Shown here in pieces: positions 1 to 10,917 of a stretch of DNA of 33,943 bases; position 1 is the first letter of the stretch; each line of letters opens with the position of its first letter. Source of the stretch: Octopus bimaculoides. Its lineage: Eukaryota. Position numbers and translations under genes: made by a program. The stretch spans positions 65,089,615-65,123,557 of the forward strand of contig NC_068983.1 of the NCBI RefSeq assembly GCF_001194135.2, in the 5' to 3' direction. Under the pieces are notes generated by a model. It was not told where the DNA came from, made no database searches, and was given only the letters and a program-made list of their open reading frames with translations.

Positions 1-26
1 ATATATATATATATATATATATATAA
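1..26. repeat. (AT)n microsatellite
   Basis: Direct reading. Confidence 0.95.
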
Positions 27-254
27 AGACATGTACATATAATTATATATATTACACATTTAGATACACATATATGCATATATAATTTTACGAGTGTGCA
101 TATGCCTTTGTGCGTGTATGCTTATTTCGTCAAATGTATAAAAATGTATAAATGCCTATATTTAATCTTTTCACTCCTTCTAAGTGCACAATGAAAAAAC
201 ACGAACCCAAGTAATGGCATTATCTTTTGTATGTTACAAGATTAGTTTTAAGCA

Positions 255-470
255 ATATTGCTTATATTCACATCATACTCTGGTGCAGGCAATTACTCCT
301 GATTTACTCAACCCCTTTCATGTTATAGGTCAATCTGTACTATATCACACTTTCATGCCTGGTAATAAGGATGGGATTATTGCTTTAAATCTTGGTGTTG
401 TATGTCACGAAAATTTAATCTCCATCCAAGTATATCTTATCTGCTTTATACGATGTGCAGAGAACTTTGC
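255..470 (-). mobile_element. Highly decayed RTE-like LINE fragment (post-RT region)
   Basis: Minus-strand translation gives FKAIIPSLLPGMKV* and NMKGVE*IRSNCLHQSMM*I, loosely resembling RTE YKAVVLPTLLYGCETW and LEAFHQRCLRRIL; many stops. Confidence 0.3.
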
Positions 471-1187
471 ACTGCATTTCCTTTTTGCCTATTTTATTGT
501 TTCCTAAAATTTGACATTTCAACATGATCATTTATGATAGAATATTAGTAACGAAGAGAAATGTCCTGCTAGTTCTCCTATGACACAGAGTTAACGATAG
601 GAAAATTTGAATAATATCTCTTAAATCAACTAATTGAGGAAGCTGAACACTTTTTGCGTTGAGCCAGTTTTGCTCAGTGTGTCACAGTTGTAGTTCCTTT
701 ACGTGAAGCAGATGTAGCAGAACCTACTGTAGAAATAAGAACAATAAACATGTTGTATTCTACAAATGCATAAATCGAGATCTTACAAATTGCTGTCCTT
801 TCTCTTAAATATTTTATTATATATCCAACTTGTATACACTAAATTATGTGAAATAAAATATCGAGAAATCAATTTGTTCAATAATTATGCTACATAACTA
901 TAATTTGTTTAGTCATAAGTTATAAAAACTATTTAGAAAATAATATTAAAACTGGACTCCGGATAGTCACATGGGTGCAAAGAGATGCATAGTGTGACAA
1001 AATCAATTTGTTATGCATTATGTCAAGAATGTTGGTTTATGCTTATATCAATTAGCCGTCTGCCTTAACACTTTACAGTCTGGCATTATTTACAGAGTTT
1101 GTACATGTAGGTGTGCGAGTGTCGTGTTTTTAGTTTGTGCATGTATATACATATATAAAGGAAGAGAAAGGAGAGGGGGACGAGGAG

Positions 1188-1214
1188 ATAGATAGATAGA
1201 TAGATAGATAGATA
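1188..1214. repeat. (GATA)n microsatellite
   Basis: Direct reading. Confidence 0.9.
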
Positions 1215-2175
1215 TGCGCATACACACAATCGATCACTCACAAATGCACATATACGTATTGAACAACATCTGGTTTTTACAGACTTGTCCATGTTACGAT
1301 TCGAATGCGTTAACCATGAAAGTTATTCAACTGCAAGATTAAATATGTTTTGAACATATAATTATATTTTCATGACTGGAATTAATTAATTAATTTACTA
1401 CGTATTCTCTTACATAATCAATATTTAGTATTTGCCGTGTGGAATAAATGAAGTTACAATTTACATGTATATTTTACTTTACGTCTAATAACCTCAGTGT
1501 TCAATAATCAGAGTTTACATTAATGGCATCTGAAGAAAGCGGCCTCAATTATAATCCAGAAACCAAATGACATTCGCGTCAAAATTATTGCGTTTTAGTC
1601 CACCAGGGAATTAGAACCATATAATATGACTCACTGTTTGTGTACCGCTGCTTTATTGAAACCTAAGGATATATCAGTATATGCAGCAGCATCAGTAGAA
1701 TGTTTTTGTCCAACAAAATTTGTTCCATAGAATATCAATCATCTTTATGCCTCCATTGTCGCAATTGACGCGATCTGTTTCTGTGTTTTTTTTCCAGATT
1801 GCTATTATTCAAACAAACTGTTAATGTTTCTATCATTCGGAAAGAGATAGATGCAATCAAAACAAGTGTTACGCATCGATTTGTAATGTTATGCTATTTA
1901 GAGAAGTGTTCGACTGAAACATGTGCAATTTTCATTTACCGAAGAGAAACGACATGAAAGTATCATTCCAAAGAATACATAGCAACTCTGATGACAGAAT
2001 ACAACGTACTGTCGCCTTGAAAATGCATATAACATGACATGCAAGTTTCTGCAACTACATTGTATGTAAGAAACAAAACAAAAACTATCATACATGGTGT
2101 TGAGAACAGTTATACATTTTTTCTCGCAATTTAAAAGTGACTAGTGAATCACATTTATTTTATTTTATTTTATCA

Positions 2176-2421
2176 TGCCCCCTTTTAAAGCCTAGCCAGG
2201 CTCATGGGCCCGGTTTCCCGGTTTCTATGGCTTATGTGTTGCCCCCAACTTGACGGGACGCCAGTCCATCGCAGCGTTATTAAAAAAAAACCAGGAATAC
2301 AGAGTGAGAGCAAGTTGGAGCGAAAGAGTACAACAGGAGTTACCACCACCCCTGCCGGAGCCTCGTGGAGCTTTTAGGTGTTTTCGCTCAATAAACACAC
2401 ACAACTCCCGGTCTGGGAACC
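2176..2421 (-). mobile_element. tRNA-derived SINE-like repeat, head truncated by gap
   Basis: Minus strand starts GGTTCCCAGACCGG (remnant next to a B box), then GTGTTTATTGAGCGAAAACAC (CORE-like segment); GC-rich island; resembles an octopus SINE family as I recall it. Confidence 0.6.
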
Positions 2422-2756
2422 NNNNNNNNNNNNNNNNNNNNNNNNNNNNNNNNNNNNNNNNNNNNNNNNNNNNNNNNNNNNNNNNNNNNNNNNNNNNNNN
2501 NNNNNNNNNNNNNNNNNNNNNNNNNNNNNNNNNNNNNNNNNNNNNNNNNNNNNNNNNNNNNNNNNNNNNNNNNNNNNNNNNNNNNNNNNNNNNNNNNNNN
2601 NNNNNNNNNNNNNNNNNNNNNNNNNNNNNNNNNNNNNNNNNNNNNNNNNNNNNNNNNNNNNNNNNNNNNNNNNNNNNNNNNNNNNNNNNNNNNNNNNNNN
2701 NNNNNNNNNNNNNNNNNNNNNNNNNNNNNNNNNNNNNNNNNNNNNNNNNNNNNNNN
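2422..2756. other. Assembly gap
   Basis: N run. Confidence 1.
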
Positions 2757-3300
2757 ATATATATATATATATATATAACTGTTTGTGTGTGTGTGCTTAT
2801 ACAGAAATAAAGATGAAATGCTTCTACACCATCTGACACGAAGCTAAGCAAAGCAATGTCAGAAAGAGAACCACACCGATATTTGTTTCTTTTATTTTGC
2901 TACTTCATTACGAAATTTACAACATGCTTTTAAATGTAGTATCTCCGCAGCAAAACCCAATTTTCCTAGAGTAAATATTTACATTTTGCTGTAAATGTAA
3001 ATGTACAAGGAAGATTTAGATGTTATGCTGCAGAACATTGTCTGAGAAGATATACTAACAAGGTTTTTACAAAAACTGATAATACAAAGAAACAATCTTA
3101 GGAAATATACGAAAATCTTATTTTCATTATCTGTTGAGTTTCACGTTAGATTAACCCCCTGATCCATAAGCTTTTACAATACGGTATATTATAAATCTTG
3201 AATGTAAACTGTGATTACTTATAGCTTAAATATAGTATAAAATTGCCTGTAGCATTACCTATCATTATAGCCAATGTGTACTTATCACTAATTTTACCAG

Positions 3301-3324
3301 AAACACTCGGGAATAGTTGGCAAG
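3301..3324 (+). CDS. Candidate 24-nt micro-exon (phase 1-1), xTLGNSWQ, unidentified gene
   Basis: ctaattttaccag acceptor, AAG|gtaaac donor; joins in frame to 4737. Confidence 0.4.
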
Positions 3325-3947
3325 GTAAACGTGATACTTTTGTATTTCTGTGAAGTCAGGCATTTGACAATCAAACAAACACAATGCATATTTTGTTAGC
3401 ACGAGCAGTGTAGACAATATAAAGTTTACTGTAGGATATTTATGACTGACACTTTCTATTGTATTTGTCAGCAACATATTGCTATCAAACACAGCGTCGT
3501 AGTTATCAAAACTCTAAATTAGTTGAAAGGTTTTAACTGACTCTCTGTGTTGTATACGATTCTTCCAACAATATTTATCGAATATAAATAGATTTACTCG
3601 CATAGGCTGTATTTATACATTTTACAGGATAATATTTTTTTTCTTTTAGACTATAATAAGTGTTCATTCCAGACATCCTTGAAATATTGATAAACGGTTT
3701 AAAAATACGACATACTGATTGGCATGAAGTCTTGCTCACATATAACTGGAATGAAGCCCAGTAGTTTTGCCGAAATAGGAAAATGAAAATTATTGGAGAG
3801 ACTGAAATATATTTATTCAAACTATTATTGTATGGTCCTCGCACTTCAATCGTATTTCATTATCTTGTACTTAGCATACATACAAATACATACAGATGCG
3901 CTTACATACAGTTAATCATATCATACACACACGCATATATGCACGTG

Positions 3948-3949
<2 letters not shown>

Positions 3950-3999
<50 letters not shown>
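3950..3999. repeat. (TA)n microsatellite running into gap
   Basis: Direct reading. Confidence 0.95.
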
Positions 4000-4641
4000 N
4001 NNNNNNNNNNNNNNNNNNNNNNNNNNNNNNNNNNNNNNNNNNNNNNNNNNNNNNNNNNNNNNNNNNNNNNNNNNNNNNNNNNNNNNNNNNNNNNNNNNNN
4101 NNNNNNNNNNNNNNNNNNNNNNNNNNNNNNNNNNNNNNNNNNNNNNNNNNNNNNNNNNNNNNNNNNNNNNNNNNNNNNNNNNNNNNNNNNNNNNNNNNNN
4201 NNNNNNNNNNNNNNNNNNNNNNNNNNNNNNNNNNNNNNNNNNNNNNNNNNNNNNNNNNNNNNNNNNNNNNNNNNNNNNNNNNNNNNNNNNNNNNNNNNNN
4301 NNNNNNNNNNNNNNNNNNNNNNNNNNNNNNNNNNNNNNNNNNNNNNNNNNNNNNNNNNNNNNNNNNNNNNNNNNNNNNNNNNNNNNNNNNNNNNNNNNNN
4401 NNNNNNNNNNNNNNNNNNNNNNNNNNNNNNNNNNNNNNNNNNNNNNNNNNNNNNNNNNNNNNNNNNNNNNNNNNNNNNNNNNNNNNNNNNNNNNNNNNNN
4501 NNNNNNNNNNNNNNNNNNNNNNNNNNNNNNNNNNNNNNNNNNNNNNNNNNNNNNNNNNNNNNNNNNNNNNNNNNNNNNNNNNNNNNNNNNNNNNNNNNNN
4601 NNNNNNNNNNNNNNNNNNNNNNNNNNNNNNNNNNNNNNNNN
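4000..4641. other. Assembly gap
   Basis: N run. Confidence 1.
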
Positions 4642-4736
4642 ATATATATATATATATGCAAATTAGGGAATCCTTCATAGAGTAACCGCTGCATTTGTTG
4701 AGTATATAAACGGATTAGCTATTTGTTTCTCTGCAG

Positions 4737-4779
4737 ATGGTCAAAGTGATCTGGACACCTCTTCTGGGAACCCAATAAG
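4737..4779 (+). CDS. Candidate 43-nt exon (phase 1-2), DGQSDLDTSSGNPIR
   Basis: tttgtttctctgcag acceptor, AAG|gttcga donor, GC above background, phase-compatible with 3301 and 6504 candidates. Confidence 0.5.
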
Positions 4780-4869
4780 GTTCGAAAACCGATTAAGGTT
4801 GTTCATTATCTTTTTTCAGTCTGCGGAGAAATGGCTAAAATTTGCCCTCTTTATGATTATACCATATGT

Positions 4870-4902
<33 letters not shown>

Positions 4903-4916
4903 TTATATATATATAT

Positions 4917-5665
4917 AGGTTTCGGCCAGGATAGACCCATGCTATGTGAAACTTAATAGCACCATCTGGTGAAGTCTTTGACTCATATAGTGGGGACCAT
5001 GGCCCACACCTGCAAAGATATGTTATTGTTGGAAAAAATATCCGGGTGAAGGACGTTCCACCGGGATTTTTTGAAGAAATTTCTCCAGTAAACGTTTCAA
5101 TTTTATGGAATCCGCTTTCGTTTTGACCTATTTTGGTACGATTCTAAAGAGAGATTGACCGGTTTGAGGTAAAGTATTTGTGTCGTAATGTTGTGTGTCC
5201 TGAGTTCGGTTTTTGTAATGGGTGGATAGCACGTGGGGTGGGGAGTCTTGGGTGTATTTTAAAATTGATGCCAACATCATTTCTGCAATATTGATGGAAT
5301 ATTGTCCGCATCACAAAAATCATGTAGCGCTCCTGGCGGCGTTGGAGAGAGTGGAGACTGAGGTTTTTCTTTAGTCAACTACAATAGTCAATTCCTGTTA
5401 TATTATCTTTCTTGTTATTGACCTCTGGAGTACTTCCACTTTCATAATGTGTTACTTTGTGTGGAGAGACCACAGTGGGAAACAGTAGAACAGAGAAGGA
5501 TGATGGTGTGTGCATCTCTAGACCGAAAAGTTTTCAAAATCCAGGAGCACATCTTGCGGGCCAAGTGAATCTTTAGACGCATATTGTTCTTTTCCGACCA
5601 TTGAACAACAGCAGACAGATCCGACTGATTGCATGTTCGGTCTTCCATATCGTTCAAGGCCATGA
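4917..5665 (-). mobile_element. CR1/L2-type LINE 3' fragment, decayed
   Basis: Translations QSDLSAVVQWSEKNNM, ARKMCSWILKTFRSRD, KVEVLQRSITRKI and LHSLQRRQERY match the CR1 RT C-terminus; ends GGCCGAAACC beside (TA)n. Confidence 0.8.
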
Positions 5666-6503
5666 AACATTATGCATGTTCAGTAGATAAAACTCATAAG
5701 GCAAGATACAGACGAGGTCTCCGATCTCTTTCATAAATCTGTTGGGTGATGAGCAAGATATCTCCGAATCATTAACCAACACAATGTTACTGTTTTTGAG
5801 CTCATCTGAACATGGTACCAAGAAGAAATGACGACAATCCCAGAAAAAACTTATCCAAAAATGCGATTCCGATCTAAAGCAAGCAGGATTTCCTTTCTTT
5901 TTTTCATTTCTTTTATTTTTTGCGAGAGAAAGAAAGCTGGAAACGAAAGCCAGCAGCGTAACGCAAGGAGGAAATGAATGGATTGTCGGGTACTATAAGC
6001 TGTTGAACAAAAAGGGAGAAATGACAGAGTACTAGGTACTACATGGATGTGCATATTCCTGTGTACAGACATACATGCATATATACATATACATATATAT
6101 ATATAGGACGGAGAAATTGATCGTGAAATGCGCGCATTAGAAGGGGAAAACGAGACAAGTAAATATTTATATTAATAATTACTAGTAAAGTAGATAGATG
6201 CGTACGCAATTGTTTTATTTGCCACTCGTATAATATACTACAACACTTAATAAGTTATTAAATACCTCTATACAAAGACGATAGCAGAGAATCAACCAGA
6301 ACTGAATGATCTCCATATTATCACTTAGGGCTACATGGAAGGGTTCCAGAAACATAGGATCAGCAATTGCTGTATTAACAGTCACTGCCAAAAGCTTTCT
6401 TTCCATTAATACATAACTATCTAATGTAATCGGATGTTGTATTAACGTTGTCAATAATTATTACAGTAACAAGTAAGCGAGAACATATATTCCTTTATTT
6501 CAG

Positions 6504-6552
6504 ATATGACGCAGCCAGTCGGGCAATGCATACAGCGTATTACATCTTGGAG
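6504..6552 (+). CDS. Candidate 49-nt exon (phase 2-0), (R)YDAASRAMHTAYYILE
   Basis: ttcctttatttcag acceptor, GAG|gtggta donor (weak); without splicing the frame stops after EVVLY. Confidence 0.45.
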
Positions 6553-7119
6553 GTGGTATTATATTAGAGGAATGAATCATCGTTTCGTATATTTTTAAAT
6601 GCTGCATCTGAAGAAAATGTTATGCCTGACATGTGCATTAGAAATACATTATGTCAAAGTCACAAAATAATACATCCCAGTTATCCTGATACATGATTAT
6701 GGGTTTTTGCATACAAAAAAAAAATATTAACAATAGACAATGTGTGTGTGTGTGTAATAAATGCAGGCATGGAGGAAGGAGAAATGGGCAGACAAAAATA
6801 TGACATTCAGAAAAATGTATAAGCTGTCATATATGCGAGATATGATTTTGATTTGTGTTGTCCTGTTGGGTCACTTAATGAAAAAAAATATAAAAAAATA
6901 TATTTCGGGAAATATGACATAATAAATAACTTTATCCATAGAGGTTATATACAATGGAATTGCGATCTAAATTAAAATGCGACTGACATGGACGAGACGA
7001 CTGAATTATAATCCTATACTTCCTATAGTTCTAACCTACAGAAGGCTCATTTTTGAGGAATTGGTTACGTACACACATACACTGACGCACATATTTCTTT
7101 TTCCTCTCTCTTCCTCTAT

Positions 7120-7164
7120 GCACACACACTCACACACACACACACACATACATACACACACACA

Positions 7165-7220
<56 letters not shown>
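7120..7220. repeat. (CA)n microsatellite
   Basis: Direct reading. Confidence 0.95.
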
Positions 7221-7222
<2 letters not shown>

Positions 7223-7231
7223 ACTTAGATT

Positions 7232-8040
7232 GGTTTCGGCCAGTATCGATCCAGGCCGTGACTAAGTCAAGAGCACCATCTGGATTAATCATTTAGTTAA
7301 TTATTTCGGGAAACCATGGACCACTCAAGCAGAGAATTATTGTTCGTTGAGATGTATCCAGGTCTAGGTGGTTTATCAGATATATTCTGGAGGAATTTTT
7401 CCCGGTACCGTTTGAAAGTTGTGGGGGTCTTTTCCTACTTTAATTTCTATCGGGATAACATTGAAAAGAGCAAGACCATTTGCGGTGAAGTAATTGTGGC
7501 GCAATGTTCTTGTGTGATGTGATTTCGACCATTGGAGCCTAGTCTTGGGTTAATTGTAAACATAATACCGATATCATTTCGAAAATATTGGTGGAATATT
7601 TTCCACATACTTCAAATAATGTAACGCTCACGGCGGCGTTGCAGGGAATAGAGTTTCGGCTAAGTCGAACCCAATAATCAAGTCCCACCATGCCATTTAT
7701 TTTTTTAGGGATTGATTTTTCTGGCGCTTCGTTCATCATTATGTCTTCTTTCTTGTAGGGGGGAACACAATGGGTAGTAGTATTCAAGGAGGGGGGTAGC
7801 GAATGTGGAGAAATGAACGATAATGGTTTTATGATCCCTAGATTGGAAAGTGCAGAGGATCCATGAGCACATTCTGCGGGCAACATCGACTTTTTTTGTT
7901 GATGTACACACTCCAGCTAAGGTTGCTGTGGGGTACTCCGCGTAAGTCCGATTGAAGCATCTTTCGAGCATATGCTCCCTTAATGACTTTCTGGTGCTTA
8001 GAGTTATCTGCAAATATTTTGATGGGGCTATGTTCAATGG
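7232..8040 (-). mobile_element. CR1/L2-type LINE 3' fragment, second diverged copy
   Basis: IKIFADNSK (YADD-box region), LQSDL, VARRMCSWILCTFQSRD, PLLEYY, LDYWVRL, LQRRRERY; 3' end similar to the 4917 copy (AGCACCATCTGG and GGTTTCGGCCAG shared on + strand). Confidence 0.85.
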
Positions 8041-8259
8041 ATATATCGATATACGTGTATATATATAATATTAGGGATAAAAATCCAAATTTACAGGTAA
8101 AGACTCAATTAAATTCAATTTATTAAAAATGAAAATTAAATTAAGTCTCACAGTATAAAAGATATGTGTACATGTGACTGGATTTTCAACGATGAGTTTA
8201 TGAACCATGGTTCCTTTCCCTAAAATTATATATATATATATATATATATACATATATAA

Positions 8260-9180
8260 AAAATATGAGTATATACATATATATGTACATGTATGTACAT
8301 ACCTTCATCTACATGTACATATAGATACATAACTGGGTACATGACGTGGCAAAAGAACATAGACAAAATGATAAACAAGGTACAACAAACAAGCAGGCCA
8401 CATAGAAACATCTCCTTCATCAGCTGCCACCATTAAAACCCCGGCGTTTCGAAGAATTAAGGCAGTACGCATCGTTAAAATGGTTCCTCCCACGAACACA
8501 AATTAAATTATTTTCGTGGAGGGTAGTGGCGGACGGAAAACAAGACAGGAAAATGAAACCGTGAAATAAACAAACAAAAAGGCTGTACAGCCAGACGTGA
8601 AGTGTGTATGTATTGAACGCTGTGAAGCACGAACAGGAGGGGTAAAGAAGTATGTGCGAGCTTGGGGAGTCCAAGAACGAAGAGAAATAGCAGCCGAACA
8701 CACGTGACCAGTGCAGTGTAGAGAGAAACAGTAGCAGAGGGAGAAAAAGGGGAGGAAGTAGAATAAAAATGAGCAACGAGAGGTAGAGAGGGAGAGAGAT
8801 AGTAGTAGTAACGGTGAGAGGCGAAGGACGAGCAACAAGAGATAGAGAGAGAGAGATAGTAGTGACAGGGAGATGAGAAGAACAGTATAGAGAAGAATGA
8901 GATGGAGAGATAGATATAGAGATAGAGAGAGTCGCGTTAGAAAAATAGTTAAAACTTACTGTATAGAGGTTAACGCGTGCGTTCTGGCGTGATACAAACA
9001 ATATATGAGTATAGGCATATATATGTACATGTATGTACATACCTTCATCTACATGTACATATAGATACATAACTGGGTATACATAATGATGAGTAGATAT
9101 GGATAAATTATTCAGGCGCGTACCCTAAAATATCTCAGGTATAGTCCGAATAATCGCATCCGGATTTACCCAGTGAAGTG
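8260..9180 (-). mobile_element. Non-coding hammerhead-bearing element (Penelope-like-derived or retrozyme-like) with 77-bp direct repeats
   Basis: 8263-8339 and 9003-9079 are 75/77 identical; GA-rich interior; (TA)n on both sides; carries a hammerhead core; no transposase or RT ORF. Confidence 0.6.
8411..8470 (-). ncRNA. Hammerhead ribozyme candidate, non-circularly permuted; predicted GUA cleavage between 8466 and 8465
   Basis: GCGUA-CUGCC-UUAA-U-UCUUC-GAAACGC-linker-GGCAG-CUGAUGA-A-GGAGA: intact CUGAUGA and GAAA, helices I (5 bp), II (5 bp) and III (4 bp) paired by hand. Confidence 0.65.
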
Positions 9181-9239
<59 letters not shown>

Positions 9240-9252
9240 GTGTGTGTGTGTG
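9181..9252. repeat. (TA)n/(TG)n compound microsatellite
   Basis: Direct reading. Confidence 0.95.
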
Positions 9253-9425
9253 AAATATAAAAAGAATGCTTCCGTATTATTTTTTAATATACATATATCT
9301 TTTGTGTAATTAAGACAAGCTTCATTTTTTAACACAAGAGGGGAGTAGTTGCATTCGTATTTTTCTGCATGGAAAATGAAATAACTCTAATGAAACATTT
9401 TCACAGAATAATTGTATGGGTATTA

Positions 9426-10223
9426 TACGTCAACTGAAAATATATTTTATAATTGTTGTTCGTAAGATGAGTTTCGCAATATGTTATAACGTTCTAGCTC
9501 ACGTCTGCTGTTCAGAGCAGTTCTTAGAATGAAGGTTTGTAGTGTGTGATCATCACATTGACCATGACAGAGAGAATTGTCATGGTGATACCTGCACACA
9601 GGCCTACGCAAAGTTGCAGAAAGTGTATGGAGAGGAGTGTATGAGCCGCACATAAATGTACGAGTGCTTCAGACGTTTCCAAGATGGCTGAAAAATGTCA
9701 ATATTCTGGGAGACCAACATCCAGCAGAACTGTGAAAAATATCGCGTGCAGCTGTTAGGGGAAATCGTCGAATCGCCACCTATGAGTTGTCAGAAGATGT
9801 GAAGATTAGATACGGTCCAATTCAATCCATCATCACAATAGATTTGGGTATGGGTCGCATGTCTGCCAAGTTTGTGATAAAACTGATTTCAGCTGACCAA
9901 AAAGACACTCGGGTTTCAGTTGCGTAAGATCTCGACTGTGACGAGAACGATGAAATCCTTTTTGAAAACTTTACATAAGTGTCGCCAAGCTTTTGGCAAA
10001 ATTTGCTGAAGATTCTCTGCTCAACTTTCTTTGCCATGGTCAATTGGACGATCACATGATACACACCTTCGTTCCAAGCAATGCCTTAAACAACAGAAGT
10101 GAGCTAGAACCTTAAAGCTTAGTGCGCATGTACAGCCGAGTTCAAGCTGAATGTGTGCAACTCGGATTTACTCAGCTTTGTTACAATGGCAACAGTCAGG
10201 ACATTTATTGATCAGAATACGTA
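9426..10223 (+). mobile_element. Mariner (Tc1/mariner) relic with inverted duplication of its 5' end
   Basis: + strand GDTCTQAYAKLQKVYGEECMSRT*MYECFRRFQDG, SGRPTS-like and DLGMGRMSAKFV (mariner N-terminal HTH region); minus strand MAKKVEQRIFSKFCQKLGDT at 10037-9980; TIR-like end at 10190-10223. Confidence 0.8.
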
Positions 10224-10320
10224 TGCATTTTCCTATATTTGTTACTGAAATAATCACATTGAATTTCTACCCGCATTAAAAAATACGTTAATTAGGGGTC
10301 ATTTATTTTTTACTGCATGT

Positions 10321-10472
10321 CTTCCGTCTTTACGTTCTGTATTGAAATTTCTCCAAGACTGAGTTTAGTCTTTTTCTTTACGTGGGTTTTAAAATTAGTA
10401 CCATTTCAGATAATCGACAAACCACTTCACCTAAAATTGCTGGCCTCGTACCAAACTTTGAAGGCATTATTC
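10321..10472 (+). mobile_element. Degenerate SINE copy, same family as 10918
   Basis: GTCTTTACGTTCTG, AAATTAGTACCA and AAAATTGCTGGCCTCGTACCAAA segments align by eye with the 10918 copy. Confidence 0.55.
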
Positions 10473-10917
10473 AATGTAGTGAATGTAAAGAACCCTAAAC
10501 ATCGAATTACAAGGAAATGGGGAAAATACAAGATTATCAGATTGATAAATATTTCTCGCTCATTTTTTGCAATTATAACAAACCGCTGAGAAGATATTTC
10601 GGTCCTATTAGTCACATTGTTGTTAATAATATTAAAAATAATATCCATTCATCCCAGAAAGTATAAACTGCCTACAGAGAATTTGTGAATACGCTTAGCT
10701 CTTTGAGACAGTATTACATTAACGTAAGTTATGAAATATTCATACTCGAATTGCATGATGAAGGAAGTTTTGAATTTGTCATTTAGTCTCTATTTTCTCC
10801 ATCGTACTTTGTGAACGCCGAAGTTCGTGAAATGATTCGTTTAGCTTCTGTTTCTCATCGATAGAAGATGCCGATGAGTTCAGATGTTTCAAGCATTTCA
10901 ATACATACGACTACATT

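Noticed and set aside
1988-2030. CTGATGA followed by a CAG...CTG stem
   Set aside because: No GAAA directly after the stem and no helix I/III partners, so not a hammerhead.
4917-7260. GGCCGAAAC at the CR1 3' ends as a hammerhead half
   Set aside because: No CUGANGA strand nearby; better explained as the LINE 3' end.
9116-9138. Apparent micro-exon cag|GCGCGTACCCTAAAATATCTCAG|gt
   Set aside because: It appears to lie inside the 8260-9180 repeat element and has a purine-rich acceptor.
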